A stretch of DNA of 63,969 bases, filler included, from Neoconidiobolus thromboides FSU 785 (GCA_025603075.1; 10 parts of 10 records of this genome joined end to end with filler, not necessarily neighbours in it), one strand, 5' to 3'. Positions 46,470 through 59,308 are shown, counted from the whole stretch's first letter. Translations and numbers: made by a program. The notes: a model not told the origin generated them from the letters alone.

Positions 46470-48055
46470 TATGATCAGGATATGAGTCTGATATTGAAAA
46501 AGCCAAAGGGATTGAAAGGAAAGTGGACATCAAGATCGTGAAAAATAAGCAAACCTTGAAGTCTTATCAATTTTTGCCTTACAAATGGCTCATCTACAAT
46601 CAATTAGCAAAAAATATCAGTTATATTGGTCCTGGACTCAAACATTTAGGTTTAGGTGGTGATAAGCGTTTAGCTTTATTTATACTAACCAGCCCTTATT
46701 GAACTTCCATGGTTAATGCTGGTTATTCATAAAACATCGCTTTGATTACTATTATGATACCTAGATATTGAAGCGCTTAAACATGGACTTAATGAATGTG
46801 CTATCACAACAGTATTTACAGGAACTGATCAGCTTAAAGTTATTCCTTCTGCTGTAAAAAACGTGCCAACCCTTAAAAGCATAATCTGTGATGGAAAGAT
46901 CGATGAAAAACAAATACAAACGATTCTTTGTCATAATGATGAAATTTAATTTTACTCCTTTGAAGAAATGAATTAGGCAAAAGTAACTAATACAAGCCCA
47001 GATGATATTGCTTTAGTTATATATACAAGTAGTATCACAAGTAGCCCAAAAGGCGTTGTATTAACTCATAAAAATATATCCTAGTTAGTGACTATTATGA
47101 TAACTTTTGTAATTATGTTTATTAACTAATTCCATAGCTTTTAGCATTTCCAAATTAGTTAATCCTATTGTTACTCTTTTACAAGAGACTTATGTGCCTT
47201 TTTTACCATTATCGCATATTTTAGTTTTTAGTCCCAATTTCTATTGTCTTTAATATGATATTAAAGTCCCTTATGTGACTCTCACTAATGCTTCTGTAAG
47301 AAAGTGACATGGTGATTTATATGAAGCACGCCCAAATCTTATGGCTGGTGTACCACAAATCTATAATCCAATTCACAAAGGTGTATTAAATAAAATTAAC
47401 AAAGCAAGGTCGATAGCACAAAATATATCTGATGTCTCAATGAGAACTAAGGAATACATTTCAAAGGTTACCTTACCTACATCCTTGTATTTAATAAAAT
47501 CAAGAAATAAGTTGAGATGAATCAATAGATGCCTTAACTGCTAGTTTTCCTGTTTCTGATGAAGCCAGAGAGTTTTTCAGTAACATTATATACCTTTTAT
47601 TACAAGATTATCCCTTATTGGAGTATACGGTTTAGCATGTGTTAATACTCAAGATTGTTAGGTCCTGGATGCAGCTAGACAAATATCCCCTTACAACAAG
47701 TTCAAATTGGTTGATGTTCCAGAAGCAGGCTATTATTATGATAATGAATTACCACGAAGTGAACCTTGGCTTTATGGTAAGTCTGTCGCACAAGATTATT
47801 ATAACGATGAAGCAGCAACTAAAGATGCCTTTACTGAAAATATTTAGTTCAAAACAGGAGATACTGTATAACTAAATAATAATTATACCATTTCTACGAT
47901 TGATTGTAAAAAAACTTCGTCAAGTTATTGAATAGAAAATAGATCACTTTGGAATGTTTTAGGAAGTGTTTATTGTAATATTTTCTATATTCGAAAAATT
48001 TGCATATGTGCCGATTTTAAAATCTAAAATCGTTTCCCTTATTTAATCCAATATA

Positions 48056-48156
48056 CGGGGATGTTTTTTTTAGCTTCAGCATTTTTTTCATCTTTTAAGC
48101 GCTATTTGAGCGGAAAATTTGTTAGTAAAGTTCTTAAATACAAAAATACATCCCCA
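48056..48156. mobile_element. MITE in the ACSL pseudogene (2)
   Basis: TA-CGGGG...CCCCA-TA. Confidence 0.9.
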
Positions 48157-48318
48157 TACCTTGCTATTGAACATTTCTAAAGTACCAACAGTCACCTTGA
48201 TATTCACAATTTGAATGATGCAAGTGTAAACGAATTAATCAAAAAAGAAGTATACATACTATTAATATAAGAAACTAAGGAGAATGACCTTACTGAAACT
48301 GAGCTCATCTTTAATATA

Positions 48319-48418
48319 TGGGAGTGTTTTTTTTGACTTCATTATTTTTCCATTTTTTAAGCGCTATTTAAGCAGAAAATTTGTCAGTAAAATTCTTAGA
48401 CACAAAAATACATCCCCA
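48319..48418. mobile_element. MITE in the ACSL pseudogene (3)
   Basis: Removing the element plus one TA restores ...TELIFNIFIIDVGWTADNGLLT. Confidence 0.92.
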
Positions 48419-48857
48419 TATTTATAATCGATGTTGGATGGACCGCAGACAATGGCTTATTGACAGCTTCACGAAAACTTAAGCACAAATCTATTGGGGA
48501 TCGCTTCAAGGAACAGTTAGCCATTGTGCACAATAAAGTGTGATTAAATATTTAGATGATAGGAAGAAATATAATAATATGAGAATGTTTTCTATCAGTT
48601 ATCTTTTTTTACTAGTTTCCTAATATTTTAAATTAGTTAGCTAATACACCTGTCTAAGTTCAAACATCCGCTGCCTAGTGTTAAATTTTATAACTACTTA
48701 TACTATTATCCTGATTTACAACTTGATGTTTAAACTTTTGTTATGAAATTAATAATTATTGAACCTACATCCGAGCTTAAATAACTCCATTAGTTGATCA
48801 ATTTCAAAACTTTAAGAAACAGTAAAAATAGATAATTAATAAGAAAGATGCTTATAT

Positions 48858-48960
48858 ATGGGGTTGTCTGAATTAGTTTCATTATTTTATCCAATTTTTG
48901 AAAAATTTTGTGTTTTAAAAACTTCGCTTAAAATTCTATAAAATCATATCTTTTATTAAA
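48858..48960. mobile_element. Second short-repeat family member (TGGGGTTGTC terminus)
   Basis: Shares terminus and internal blocks with 50024-, 31800-31882 and 63554-; the far end is not resolved. Confidence 0.4.
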
Positions 48961-49048
48961 ACAAAAGTAGCCAGACACAGTTATAAATCATTCTACTATA
49001 GTTTATCCCGTAAGTTAGTTTGAATTTTTACTAGATCTTAAATACATA

Positions 49049-49150
49049 TGGGGGATGTGTTTTTGTGTTTAAGAATTTTACTAACAAATTTTCTACTTAA
49101 ATAGCGCTTAAAAAATGGAAGAAATAATGAAGTCAAAAAAAACGCCCCCA
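49049..49150. mobile_element. MITE family 1 copy
   Basis: Consensus match, TA flanks. Confidence 0.9.
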
Positions 49151-49655
49151 TATAAATCATAATCAACTTGATTACAATGCTATAAATTGATTTTATAAAC
49201 AAATTAAATGACTGTTATATTATAACTAATTTTAGAGCTAATAAAGTAATACTTCACAACTATATATATTGAGCAAGATAAATACTAATAATATTGTAAA
49301 AAAGTTGAAAAAAAGCAGTTAAACCACTAATATTATTAAAAGTATAATTAGATATAAAGTATAATAAGCATTATTTGATAATTTATATCAAAATTAATTA
49401 AGTTGCTATTACTATTTTTTATTATTGCTAAAAAATGTGTAAAAACGACACCAAAAGTATATACACTTTTTATAATAAATTTTGATATATTAACTTAGTT
49501 TAAATTAAAGCTTTAAGATCTGGTTTAATTATAGTAATGACAATGTTTTTATTACTATTGCTCATATTATACTTAAAAATATTTAAATAAAATAAAACTC
49601 AAAATTTTTTAAAAAAAATTTTAATACTTCATATTAAAGTAATATATATATAATA

Positions 49656-49754
49656 TGGGGATGTATTTTTGTATTTAAGAATTTTACCAACAAATTTTCC
49701 ACTCGAACAGCGCTTAAAAGATGGAAAAAATAATGAAGTAAAAAAACACTCCCA
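49656..49754. mobile_element. MITE family 1 copy
   Basis: Consensus match, TA flanks. Confidence 0.9.
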
Positions 49755-50023
49755 TATAGTAATGGCTATAGTTTTATATTATAACTACCAAGTATAAATA
49801 TTGAAATATAAAAATAACATTTTTCATAATTAAAAACCAAATTTTTTATACTAGATTTAAATAAAAAAAACTATAATTATATATAAATTTATAAATATGG
49901 TTAATTTTGGTAGTGAAATTAATAAATCAAGCCAAATTCATCTTAAACTAAAAGAAAAGACTGAGCTGATGTTTTGTTTTAAAATTAAGATGATTTTTAA
50001 GATATGGGGTTGTCCCAATTGGT

Positions 50024-50344
50024 TTCAGAATTTACTTAGAAATTAATCCAAATTTTAAAATTTTAAATTTGTGTCTAATAATATGATGGTTAAATCTAAA
50101 AAGCCTAAAATTAAATGTCTCTATTTAAAACTTATTTTAATTGTTTCCTTTTCTTAAATAGCTAATTTTCCTAACTATATGTTTTATATTAGTTCTGTTA
50201 GATATTTAATAGATATATAATATATAACTATATGATTATATAATTATGTAAATACATAATTATATAAATACAGTTATTTGACTTTATTTCTTGTTAAAAT
50301 AAAATAAAATAAAATAAAATGCAAACTTTCATAACTAAACTTCG
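50024..50344 (+). promoter_or_regulatory. Paralog of the trypsin promoter with TATA (50261) and an ATG at 50319 (MQTFITKL) running into a gap
   Basis: Reverse-complement alignment to 31503-31882 without the MITE. Confidence 0.55.
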
Positions 50345-51096
50345 NNNNNNNNNNNNNNNNNNNNNNNNNNNNNNNNNNNNNNNNNNNNTTAATTAATTAA
50401 NNNNNNNNNNNNNNNNNNNNNNNNNNNNNNNNNNNNNNNNNNNNAAACAGGATCACAAGTAAAACTAAGAAGGCAGAAACATAAGATACATTTGGGACGT
50501 ATTTTTTAGCTAGAAATTCACTAAATAGGTCAATTTCGGGCTCCATTTTATGTTAACTTTATAGCCTTTTTTCTTATTTATATATGTTTATTTGAAATTT
50601 TACAGGCTTAATAAATAGTATAAAAATAGAAATCAATTTCTGACTTTTATATTAGATCATTGTCTGATAGAATTTTAGATTTTATAATTAGCAATTAAAT
50701 TCTAAAAGGAACATTCCCATTTATTCAATTATTATACTTGGAAAATATTATATATAATGTACAAATCCTTTTTATATCTCAACTTGTTTATAAAGTTAAG
50801 CTCAATATTGGAAAGACATTATTAGATTATAAGTATATTAAATAGTAAAGTGGGACTAGAGTTGACGATATAATAGTAAGCTTTCCTTTAATTGTCTAAA
50901 ACCTGTTATTATAAGGTTTTTATTTAAATTTACTTAAAGTTTCCTATAATAGTATCAATGCGTTTAGTTGCTTATATACTAATATTCATAAATTTTGACC
51001 AATTTATTGCTAAACTAACTTTATAAAATGTTGATTTGAGAATGATGAATTAATCAACTTTAGTACAATACTTACACAGGATTAAAATTTAATATA

Positions 51097-51198
51097 TGTG
51101 GATGTACTTTTTTGTTTGAGAATTTTACTAGCAATTTTTCCGCTCAAATAACGCCTAAAAAATGGAAAAAGTGATTAAACCAAAAAAAAATACTCCCA
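51097..51198. mobile_element. MITE family 1 copy
   Basis: Consensus match, TA flanks. Confidence 0.85.
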
Positions 51199-51765
51199 TA
51201 TATTAGTTAAAACAAAATCAACCCAGATAGGTCAATTAGGAGGCCATTTATCTCAGTTTCAATTTTAGGCTGGGTTTGTATGCTGAGATTTTTTTATATG
51301 TCAAAATAGCAAAATAAAATAGCTGTAATATTCCCTGTCAAAAACTAAGCCAATTTTGAAATAAATTTTAACTGCTATAGTTCAATTTCTGTTGTTATCT
51401 GAGACATGTAAAACTCCTAACATGAATGGGGACTACCTAATAATACATGTCAATCAATTGGAGTCCTTAAAAACAAAATTTATTGGCTATTTTTATAGAA
51501 AGTTGTAATTTTATAAAATTCAAAAGCTGATTAAATAATTGTTAAGGTGGAACTAATTTAATACAAAAAATATGAGATCATATTTATAAGTCTGTCTTTT
51601 AATATATGATGAGCAAAGCAAACCCAAATAGCAATATATTCGTAGCTCATAGGAATATTTTGGTGTATGTTAATAAATTGATGTAAAACTTTGAAGCCAT
51701 TGTACTTATGAGCCTGATATGCTTTTTTGGAGTTTAATAAAAAAGGATTGTTTGCTCTGAATATA

Positions 51766-51865
51766 TAGGAGTGTTTTTTTTGACTTCATTATTTTTTCCA
51801 TTTTTTAAGCGCTATTTGAGTGGAAAATTTGTTGGTAAAATTCTTAAATACAAAAATACATCCCA
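51766..51865. mobile_element. MITE family 1 copy
   Basis: Consensus match, TA flanks. Confidence 0.88.
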
Positions 51866-53866
51866 TATATTTGACTTTGTAAAATGTACATTGCTCATGA
51901 ATTAAGAATTCTAAAATTATACATAAATTTACACTAAGATTTACAAATCATTCTAATATGTATGGTTCATCAAAGGTCACTGATTTGCGAGTAAAATATT
52001 TAGTAGCAAATTTATGAACGTATTTACTCAATGTTCTATAACAGGTTAAGTAGATACTTTAAAAAGATAACAAAAAGCAGCTTACCGTAAATATGCCATT
52101 ATAACATCAAGTTACTTATATTATGACTTTTGTCAAATGATTCTAAAAGCATGTATAGTTCTATCATTCTTAAATTGGTGGATTTCGTTGCGGATAGACA
52201 CAGTTATAGGCTTAGAACATAAAATTTTTTTAACAAATATAAATACATACATAAAGTTTAGCTTAAATTTATATGGATGTATACATAGATATCAAAGTTT
52301 AAAAGAGTGCAAACTTCCAGCTAACAATTGAGCTAAAAATTGAATTCAAAGCTTTACTCTATTTTAGAAAAACAATCCACAGAGTATTTAATTTTATAAA
52401 TTTAGTATTGATTAAATACTACTATTTATATTTTATATTTGATGAATTCTAAATTTTTATCTATTTATCCGAACCTTATTGGTTGCTTTAGGGTATATTT
52501 TTAGTTACAAAATGCTTCCCACCTTAGGTTTATTCCAAAAATGGGACTAAATTTATTTAAATGCTTAGGGAATTTTTTTATTTTTATACTACTCTGTAGA
52601 TACCTTTTTAATATCTTAAGCTTTAATAAAAATACGTATTATTAAACAAGTATTTGTATGGATATTTAGGTATTAAAGATTTTCTTAAATTAATAATTTA
52701 CGGTATTGAAGAAACGTTGAGATACAATAGTGAAGATTAAAAATTAAATATGCCATAATGAATTTTAAATTTCTATCATTTGTAAAAGATGTAAATTGTA
52801 TATTTATAGCTATCTATTTTTGTCTATGCAATAAAATCCTTATAAGAAAGAGATGATAAAAAGGCAAAATATTTCAATAAGGCACTGGAATAGTAAAATC
52901 CTGTTTGAGTATCATATTTAAACCACATAGTCTTAAGTAGATGCAAGCTACATTCGTGACATTGAAAAAATTTTAACCAAAGAGGTTTGAGAAATAAGAA
53001 TAGACTAATGAAAAATCAAGGGAGTAAAGATTTCACTACTCCAACGCTAATTGGTATCATTCAGTACTATTTTTGAAGAGATTTTTAGTCAATATAATAT
53101 TTTTAAATTTCCAGAACTTATAAACAATTTTTTCACCCAATACAATGATAAGAAATATTTAAGAAAAGGGGATTTAAATTCATTAAACATGTAAAGGTAA
53201 ATATTCTGATTCCTCAGACAAATTGTATTAAATTTTGATTATCAATCTTCTAGATTTTGTATATTCTTGTTTTTTATCTAGCAATATACTAAAAAAGATT
53301 AACTTTGAAAATGCATAATTCAAACTGATTTAGCTATACGAACTTCTGTTTGGACCATAGTTTGGAATCGACGCCATATATTCCCCTCAAAAATACGTAA
53401 TAGGCCAAAAAGTCAGTAACGAGCTTATTTGTGTAAGAAAGAAAAACAGAGAAAGATGTAACTTGCCAATTAAAATCAATACAGAAATATCAAATAGTTT
53501 TTATAAGCAAGGCCTCAGAAACTAAATAAGCATTTAGAAGCAACTTTGTAAGTAGCCTGAAGTGATCTATCTTTAGGGGTGCAAAAGAAACCATGCTCGC
53601 CTTCCCTGAAAGATAGCCATCCCAGAAAGGAAGTGAAATTCGAACTTCATAATCCGAAGCACAAGAGAGCTTATATATACTTATCATCTTTGATAAAGGA
53701 ATAACTGGAAATTTTGATTCGAAGATCTCGAAAATCTATAGTTTTTCCAATAAATTACTACTTTGAAAATAGTAATATCAAGCTTTTAAAATCAAAAGAT
53801 AAGGATTTCGAAAAAACAATAAAAACAATTAAAAATTCATAAAATAGTACTTTATTAATGTGGACT

Positions 53867-54555
53867 TTATAAAGTGCTCATAAAACGTTGAAGTATAATT
53901 TGTTCATTTTCAGTCGAATTCTCTGGGGCATCACCGCCTTCAGTAACAATTGAATTGTTTGTAGAAGCATCGCTAACAAGCTCAAAAGCTCCATCATTAT
54001 CTATATATAGGATTAAGAAACTCATGATTTTATAAATATCTTACTATTATCTTTATCTCCAATACTTCTTCTAAAGGAATAGTAGAATTGAAGTCTCAAA
54101 CAAGCTTTTTTGATAGTAGAGTGTACCGTAGGGTCACAGCAAAAAGCAATAAAGTTTAAGGTACCAATAAGTGGGTATGTAATCATAGTCCATTGATCTA
54201 ACCCAACATTGTCTTTCCCATTAAGGTCGAAATAAAGTTGAGATATGATTCCACCAGAGTGAGTTACTAACATGGATATAGGGTATAACAATCTAAAAAG
54301 TTAATAAGTTTATTGTATGTTAACTTATTTATTACATTCTATAGCCTAAAAGTCTAATGCTCTTTAATGCTCTCTCCGAAGTTTTTGTGCCACGTAAATA
54401 TTTATTTCTTACTAAAGTAGACTCTCTGTTCAAAGAAATTACAACAAGGATAACAACAATAGTAAGATATATCAATGCTATCAATCTCCAGATTTGAATT
54501 GCAAAAAGGTCAAATATTCTCTGGTAACTTAGATCCCCAGCAGCTTCAGCAATAT
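53867..54555 (-). CDS. 7TM receptor (CAR/Git3-like), C-terminal half; N-terminus in the gap
   Basis: Exons 54555-54336, 54292-54043 (approx.) and a final exon ending FMSTL* at 53867. RI|LLYP and GTLNFIAFCCDP match the 61520 paralog. Confidence 0.8.
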
Positions 54556-54655
54556 NNNNNNNNNNNNNNNNNNNNNNNNNNNNNNNNNNNNNNNNNNNNT
54601 TAATTAATTAANNNNNNNNNNNNNNNNNNNNNNNNNNNNNNNNNNNNNNNNNNNN

Positions 54656-55191
54656 ACTTTAATTTTGTAGTTTGAGTATTGCTGGTTTTGTAACAAGGTC
54701 TTTAGTCCATTTAAAAAAGAACCTGAAATGGATTCCATAGCGCCTAAAAAGCCGCTATGCACTCGTGCACCACTACCACTTGCACTACTAAAGGGTATTT
54801 GAGCAACCTCTATATTGCTTATCCAATTCATTAAATTTTGGGAGCCGCGAAAAGTCAATATAATGGCTTGATCATTATTGTTTACTGCTAAATAACCTTT
54901 CGTCCCTAACAAAATATTGCTAAATGTTGTTACTAATTCGGTTCCTTGTACATTTTGACATGATTTACAAGTCCAAGTTTTTAAGCTAATATTATCACAT
55001 GATACTGCAGCAGCATAGTTAACATATAGCATAGCATTACTTATACTTGGCTCAATTGTATTGTCTGTAATTTGTTTAGTGTACCATCTTGTGTCTCTTG
55101 TTATCGGATTCGTGTTGTTTTGTATTGGGACTGCAATAGGAGAAGCTATATTAATTAAAAATAGTGTCAAAGAATAAATGATAGACTTCAT
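54656..55191 (-). CDS. Secreted class-3 triacylglycerol lipase, N-terminal 60%; truncated just before GxSxG
   Basis: Signal peptide; YAAAVSC...WTCKSC...GYLAV...IILTFRGS...NWI...VHSGF. Confidence 0.92.
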
Positions 55192-56735
55192 ATTAATTGA
55201 TAATTAGATTTGTTTTTTAATGTTTTTTTATCATATACAGTCACTTTTTGAATATTTTTATAACTTATAGTTATCCTAGGTGTTCTCCTTCCCCAGAATC
55301 CTTATTTATAATAAAGTTTGAGGATTTGGGAGGAGCCAGATAATATAAAGCTCTATGGGGCAGTTACTAATTATAAATAAAGTAAGTTATCTAGTTACTT
55401 AATATCCGAGCAAAATAAAGATAAAACCCAAATTATTCTCTTATTATTTTATGCTACATTATATTTACGGCCTCTTTAAAATCATTTTTTTATTCTCTCC
55501 CCAACATCGAACTTAGCATTTGTACACTTATAGATATATGAAAATCATCAACCCAGGGGCTATTGGAAATAGATACATGAATATGCAATCTATTTAAGTA
55601 TATTTTAAAGTTGATCTTTTAATTTAGGAAGCTTTTTTAGAATTTTCTTAGCATGTTGAATTAGTTTATGCAGTAGTTTTTTTCATACCAATTGGATTTA
55701 TAAATCTGTTTAGATGTTTAAGCTTCGTCTTTGAGAATATCAAATTATTTTGGCGTTCAATGTTTATATCTTATAGACAAAAGCATTAAATTCTTGAGCT
55801 ACGATTGTTACAAGTAAATATTTAAGTTGAATTTTAGAAAGTCGAAAGTGGTTCAAAAGGTTAAAATTAAAAATAAATTTCACAAAATGCTATGAAGGGT
55901 TGCATTATAAAACATTAAAATTAAAATAACAAATTGAGTAAAAAATATTTTTATTGAAAATTCAAGCCTTTGAAACCTTTTTGATTAGTATAATAGTTAG
56001 CTTCTGGCACCTAATATTAGATAAGTTATTTATGGAGTCTCATTAAACAATTCTTAAACAGTCAAACTTTAATATTTATAAATTTACAATAAATTGAATA
56101 CGAAATCAAAATACAAATTATAAATTATTTTTGATACTAAGCTTTAAAGATAAATATTAAAATTCCAGCTATTAAAGTTAGATTTACTGCTTTAACATGT
56201 TACAGAATAACATAACCCCTTAAATGAAAAAATTATAAGATTAGTGAAACAAGGAGTATCGAAAAAAACAAAAAACAAGTGGGGTATCAAAAAGCGTAAT
56301 TTTAGCATAAATCTCAATTGTCTGTTTTTGGTTAAAGCTGTTATAATTTAATTGTACAGTAGCTAATGGCAACCTACAAAAGTAATAATTCTTATGATTA
56401 TGTTGATTTACATCTCCATTCTTTTTTTTTATTCTAGAATGGGCAGCTAGCTACTGCACAATTGAGATTTAACAGTTGTATAACTATTTTGATTTGTTTC
56501 AGCGTAAATTAGCTAGTCAATTTGCCTTATTTAAAATAATTAAAATTTTTTGTGGATTTAGTATTTTAAAAGCCCCACAAAAATGTATGCTATATATCAA
56601 ATACTTGGAGAAAAAAGAAGAACAAATATGCATATATTTAGAATTAAAAGACTTCATATAAGTATAGCTATATATAAAGTGCTTCATAGAATGTAAATTC
56701 ATTAAGAAAATTTAAATATTCATTTAATGCTTTAT

Positions 56736-57144
56736 ATGAAATCTTTTACTTATTTAATAGCATTGTTTTTGATCAATACAATTCATCCTAATGTTGTACC
56801 AGATCAAAGTAACTCAACTACTTTAGTTCAACAAAATAATCATTTTTCTTTATCACATTCAAATAACCCTTCTTCAACACAGCAAATTAGCTCACCTACT
56901 CTGATTCAAAAAAACACCACAAGTCCAGCACCGATAAAAAGTGATAAATGGTACAACAAACAAATAATAGATAACACACTTAAACCAGATATGAGTACTG
57001 TTATAAGATACGCTCATTATGCCTCAGCAGCCTTATGTGATGATAATAATTTGAAAAGATGGGACTGTAAAGCATGCCAAAATGTACAAGGAACCGAATT
57101 AGTGAAAATATTTAGTCATTTTTTCTTAGGAACAAAAGGTTATT
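56736..57144 (+). CDS. Secreted class-3 lipase paralog, N-terminal part; truncated by a gap
   Basis: MKSFTYLIALFLIN signal; KWYNKQIIDNT...YASAALCD...WDCKACQNVQGTELV...LGTKGY aligns with the 55191 gene. The second ATG is chosen by homology. Confidence 0.88.
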
Positions 57145-57244
57145 NNNNNNNNNNNNNNNNNNNNNNNNNNNNNNNNNNNNNNNNNNNNTTAATTAATTAA
57201 NNNNNNNNNNNNNNNNNNNNNNNNNNNNNNNNNNNNNNNNNNNN

Positions 57245-57297
57245 ATGAGTCTATTAATGGATTTATATTACCAGATAATCAACTGAAGTCTATTTAA
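57245..57297 (+). CDS. Possible C-terminal tail of the 56736 lipase
   Basis: (H?)ESINGFILPDNQLKSI*, same strand, resembles the H-x-S-x-x-G-F end of class-3 lipases; the first codon is incomplete. Confidence 0.3.
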
Positions 57298-58001
57298 TAT
57301 TTTATTACAACAATAAAGCCTTATATTTTTGATTTTTTTATTTCTATTATTATTTTAGTAAACAGACTTTGAAGGAAATTATCCTCTATTAACATTAGCT
57401 TCTTTCAAATTGACTATTTTTGCCCATTAAATCAATCAATCTACTGTGCATGTTCATTCTAGGTATTTTTTGGTCAAAGGCATAAGTTTACTACAGCTAT
57501 ACATACATATGACAATTTGATTTATAATGTAAGATTCATTTGATGTTGTAACTAGCAGCTTATTGTTTCTGGATCAAAAGAATTTCCAATGCAGAGAACC
57601 TAATGATACAATGTTGATTATGATTATACCTTCTTTTAAGGAAATGGGTTTAATTAATCATCAAATAGCGTTGGAATTGATGATTTTGGTTTAGAAGTTT
57701 ATGACAGATACTGCTCATGTTTCAGAGCAGTGTTTGGATGTCAGTTTTATTTCAAAGCAGAGTGGCTGCTTTGTTTATGAAATAAATAATATTCGATTTA
57801 AAACTTACTCATCTTCAAATAAAAGTTGATGTGTTTTAAGTGTGCTTTTTAATTTTAAATTAACTTAGACTTTTGAAAGCTGATGTTATACCATTGCGCA
57901 TTTTTATAGAACATTCAGCTTTTTGCATTTAAATGGCTTTTCAATTTCAAATCACTTTCTATTAAAGTTATCACCATCCAGTTTTTGTTGCTAAAAGATT
58001 A

Positions 58002-59308
58002 ATGTCATCAGAAAATGAATTTAACAACAGGATAGAAGAGATTGATTTTGGGAAATTCATAAATGGTAACGATAATACAAAAGATGCTAACTTTATCCAG
58101 GCCAGTAGCAGTAATGGACCAAGGAATGTATCAGCCAACATTAATTTCAGTTTAGTTAATAGTAATAATAACGCAACAGACGACATTACTTTTGATCAAC
58201 TAGCCAGTGACAATATCAGTCAAAACAAGGAATGTATCGATTATGATGGTCTCACGAATAAAAGTAATAACAGCGATACAGAAGGTATTAATTCCAAACA
58301 ATCTTACAGCAACCATGATAGCTCAACTAATGAAGATAAAGTTTTAGAAGGTATTGACCAAGAGTCCAATGAAGGTTTTTTAAAGACGATTAAAAAGCAA
58401 AAAAAAGCACTCAAAAAGAGTATTAAAGAAGATATGGATAAAATTGAACAATTAAAAGTAGGTATACAAGAGAAACAAGAACAGATTGGATCATTAAATG
58501 AGGTCAAAGAAGAACTTGAAAAGAAGGATATTTTAAAAAAAAAAAGACTCTTGTTGGATTTATCCGGTCAACCAGTGCCCAAAAAACTAACAGCCGAGAG
58601 AAAAACATTGGTTATGGAAGAATATGAAAAAAAAACATTAAGTGTTAAGGAACTTTGTGTTAAATATAAAATTAGTAGAACCACTTTTTATACGCTTAAA
58701 AAGAAATGTGACGATATTAAAAAAGGCATAATTAAAGAAAAAGTGTGTATAAAAGGACGAACTAGTAAAATAAATAAAGATCAAATGGGAATATTGTATT
58801 ATGAAATAATATCTCAACCAAAAGCTACATTTACGACTCGAGAATTAACTAATATGATGAATGAAAGTTTTAATTTCAATATATCTGAAAGTACTATTCG
58901 TAGAGCTTTACAAAGAGCGAAAAATGGATGGAAAACAGAGGCCAAAATACCAGATGGTTGGAATGAACCCAACATATTAGAATTAAGGAAAAAATTTGTG
59001 CAACATTTGCCCGATTACGGAAGAGGTAAGACAGAGTTTTATTTGGGAGAGTGTACATTTAACTTAGAGGAAAATATAGGTTATAGTTGGGCTTTAAAAG
59101 GAAGGAAAAAGATTCTAGCTAATCGTAAGAGACAAAAACCATTACATTTGATTTTGGCGATTAATAAGGTAGGTGATGTAATTAAAATGTATATTAACAG
59201 ATATACGAAAGATTTAGAAGAAATAGCAGATGATACAAAAATGAAACAATTTTTTAACGAAAATATAACAGACTTAAAAAATTCAGCTATTTATTTAGAT
59301 AACTTATC
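58002..59308 (+). CDS. Tc1/IS630-like transposase-derived ORF, truncated by a gap; first catalytic Asp replaced by Gly
   Basis: HTH (LSVKELCVKYKISRTTFY), second HTH (TTRELT...ISESTIRRALQR), FYLGECTFN (for F-x-DE-x-x-F), W-x3-G, LAIN-x2-G, IYLDN. Confidence 0.8.

Larger units (their letters stand above)
46290..48543 (+). pseudogene. Long-chain acyl-CoA synthetase (FAA/ACSL-like) pseudogene with three MITE insertions
   Basis: Remnants [19 protein letters not shown] (AMP-binding loop), FLPLSHI, PNLMAGVPQIY, DVPEAGYY, KTGD, WTADNGLLTASRKLK, broken by many stops and frameshifts. The 5' limit is approximate. Confidence 0.9.

Noticed and set aside
53330-53690. ORF 53490..53687 (ISLPFWDG, tyrosinase-like) and plus-strand AIRTSVWTIVWNRR (LINE-tail-like)
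   Set aside because: Short coincidental motifs on opposite strands with no supporting domain
57880-59308. Transposase ORF as the autonomous partner of the MITE
   Set aside because: No TGGGGATG terminus upstream and the catalytic Asp is lost; the 3' end is hidden, so this is not fully excluded
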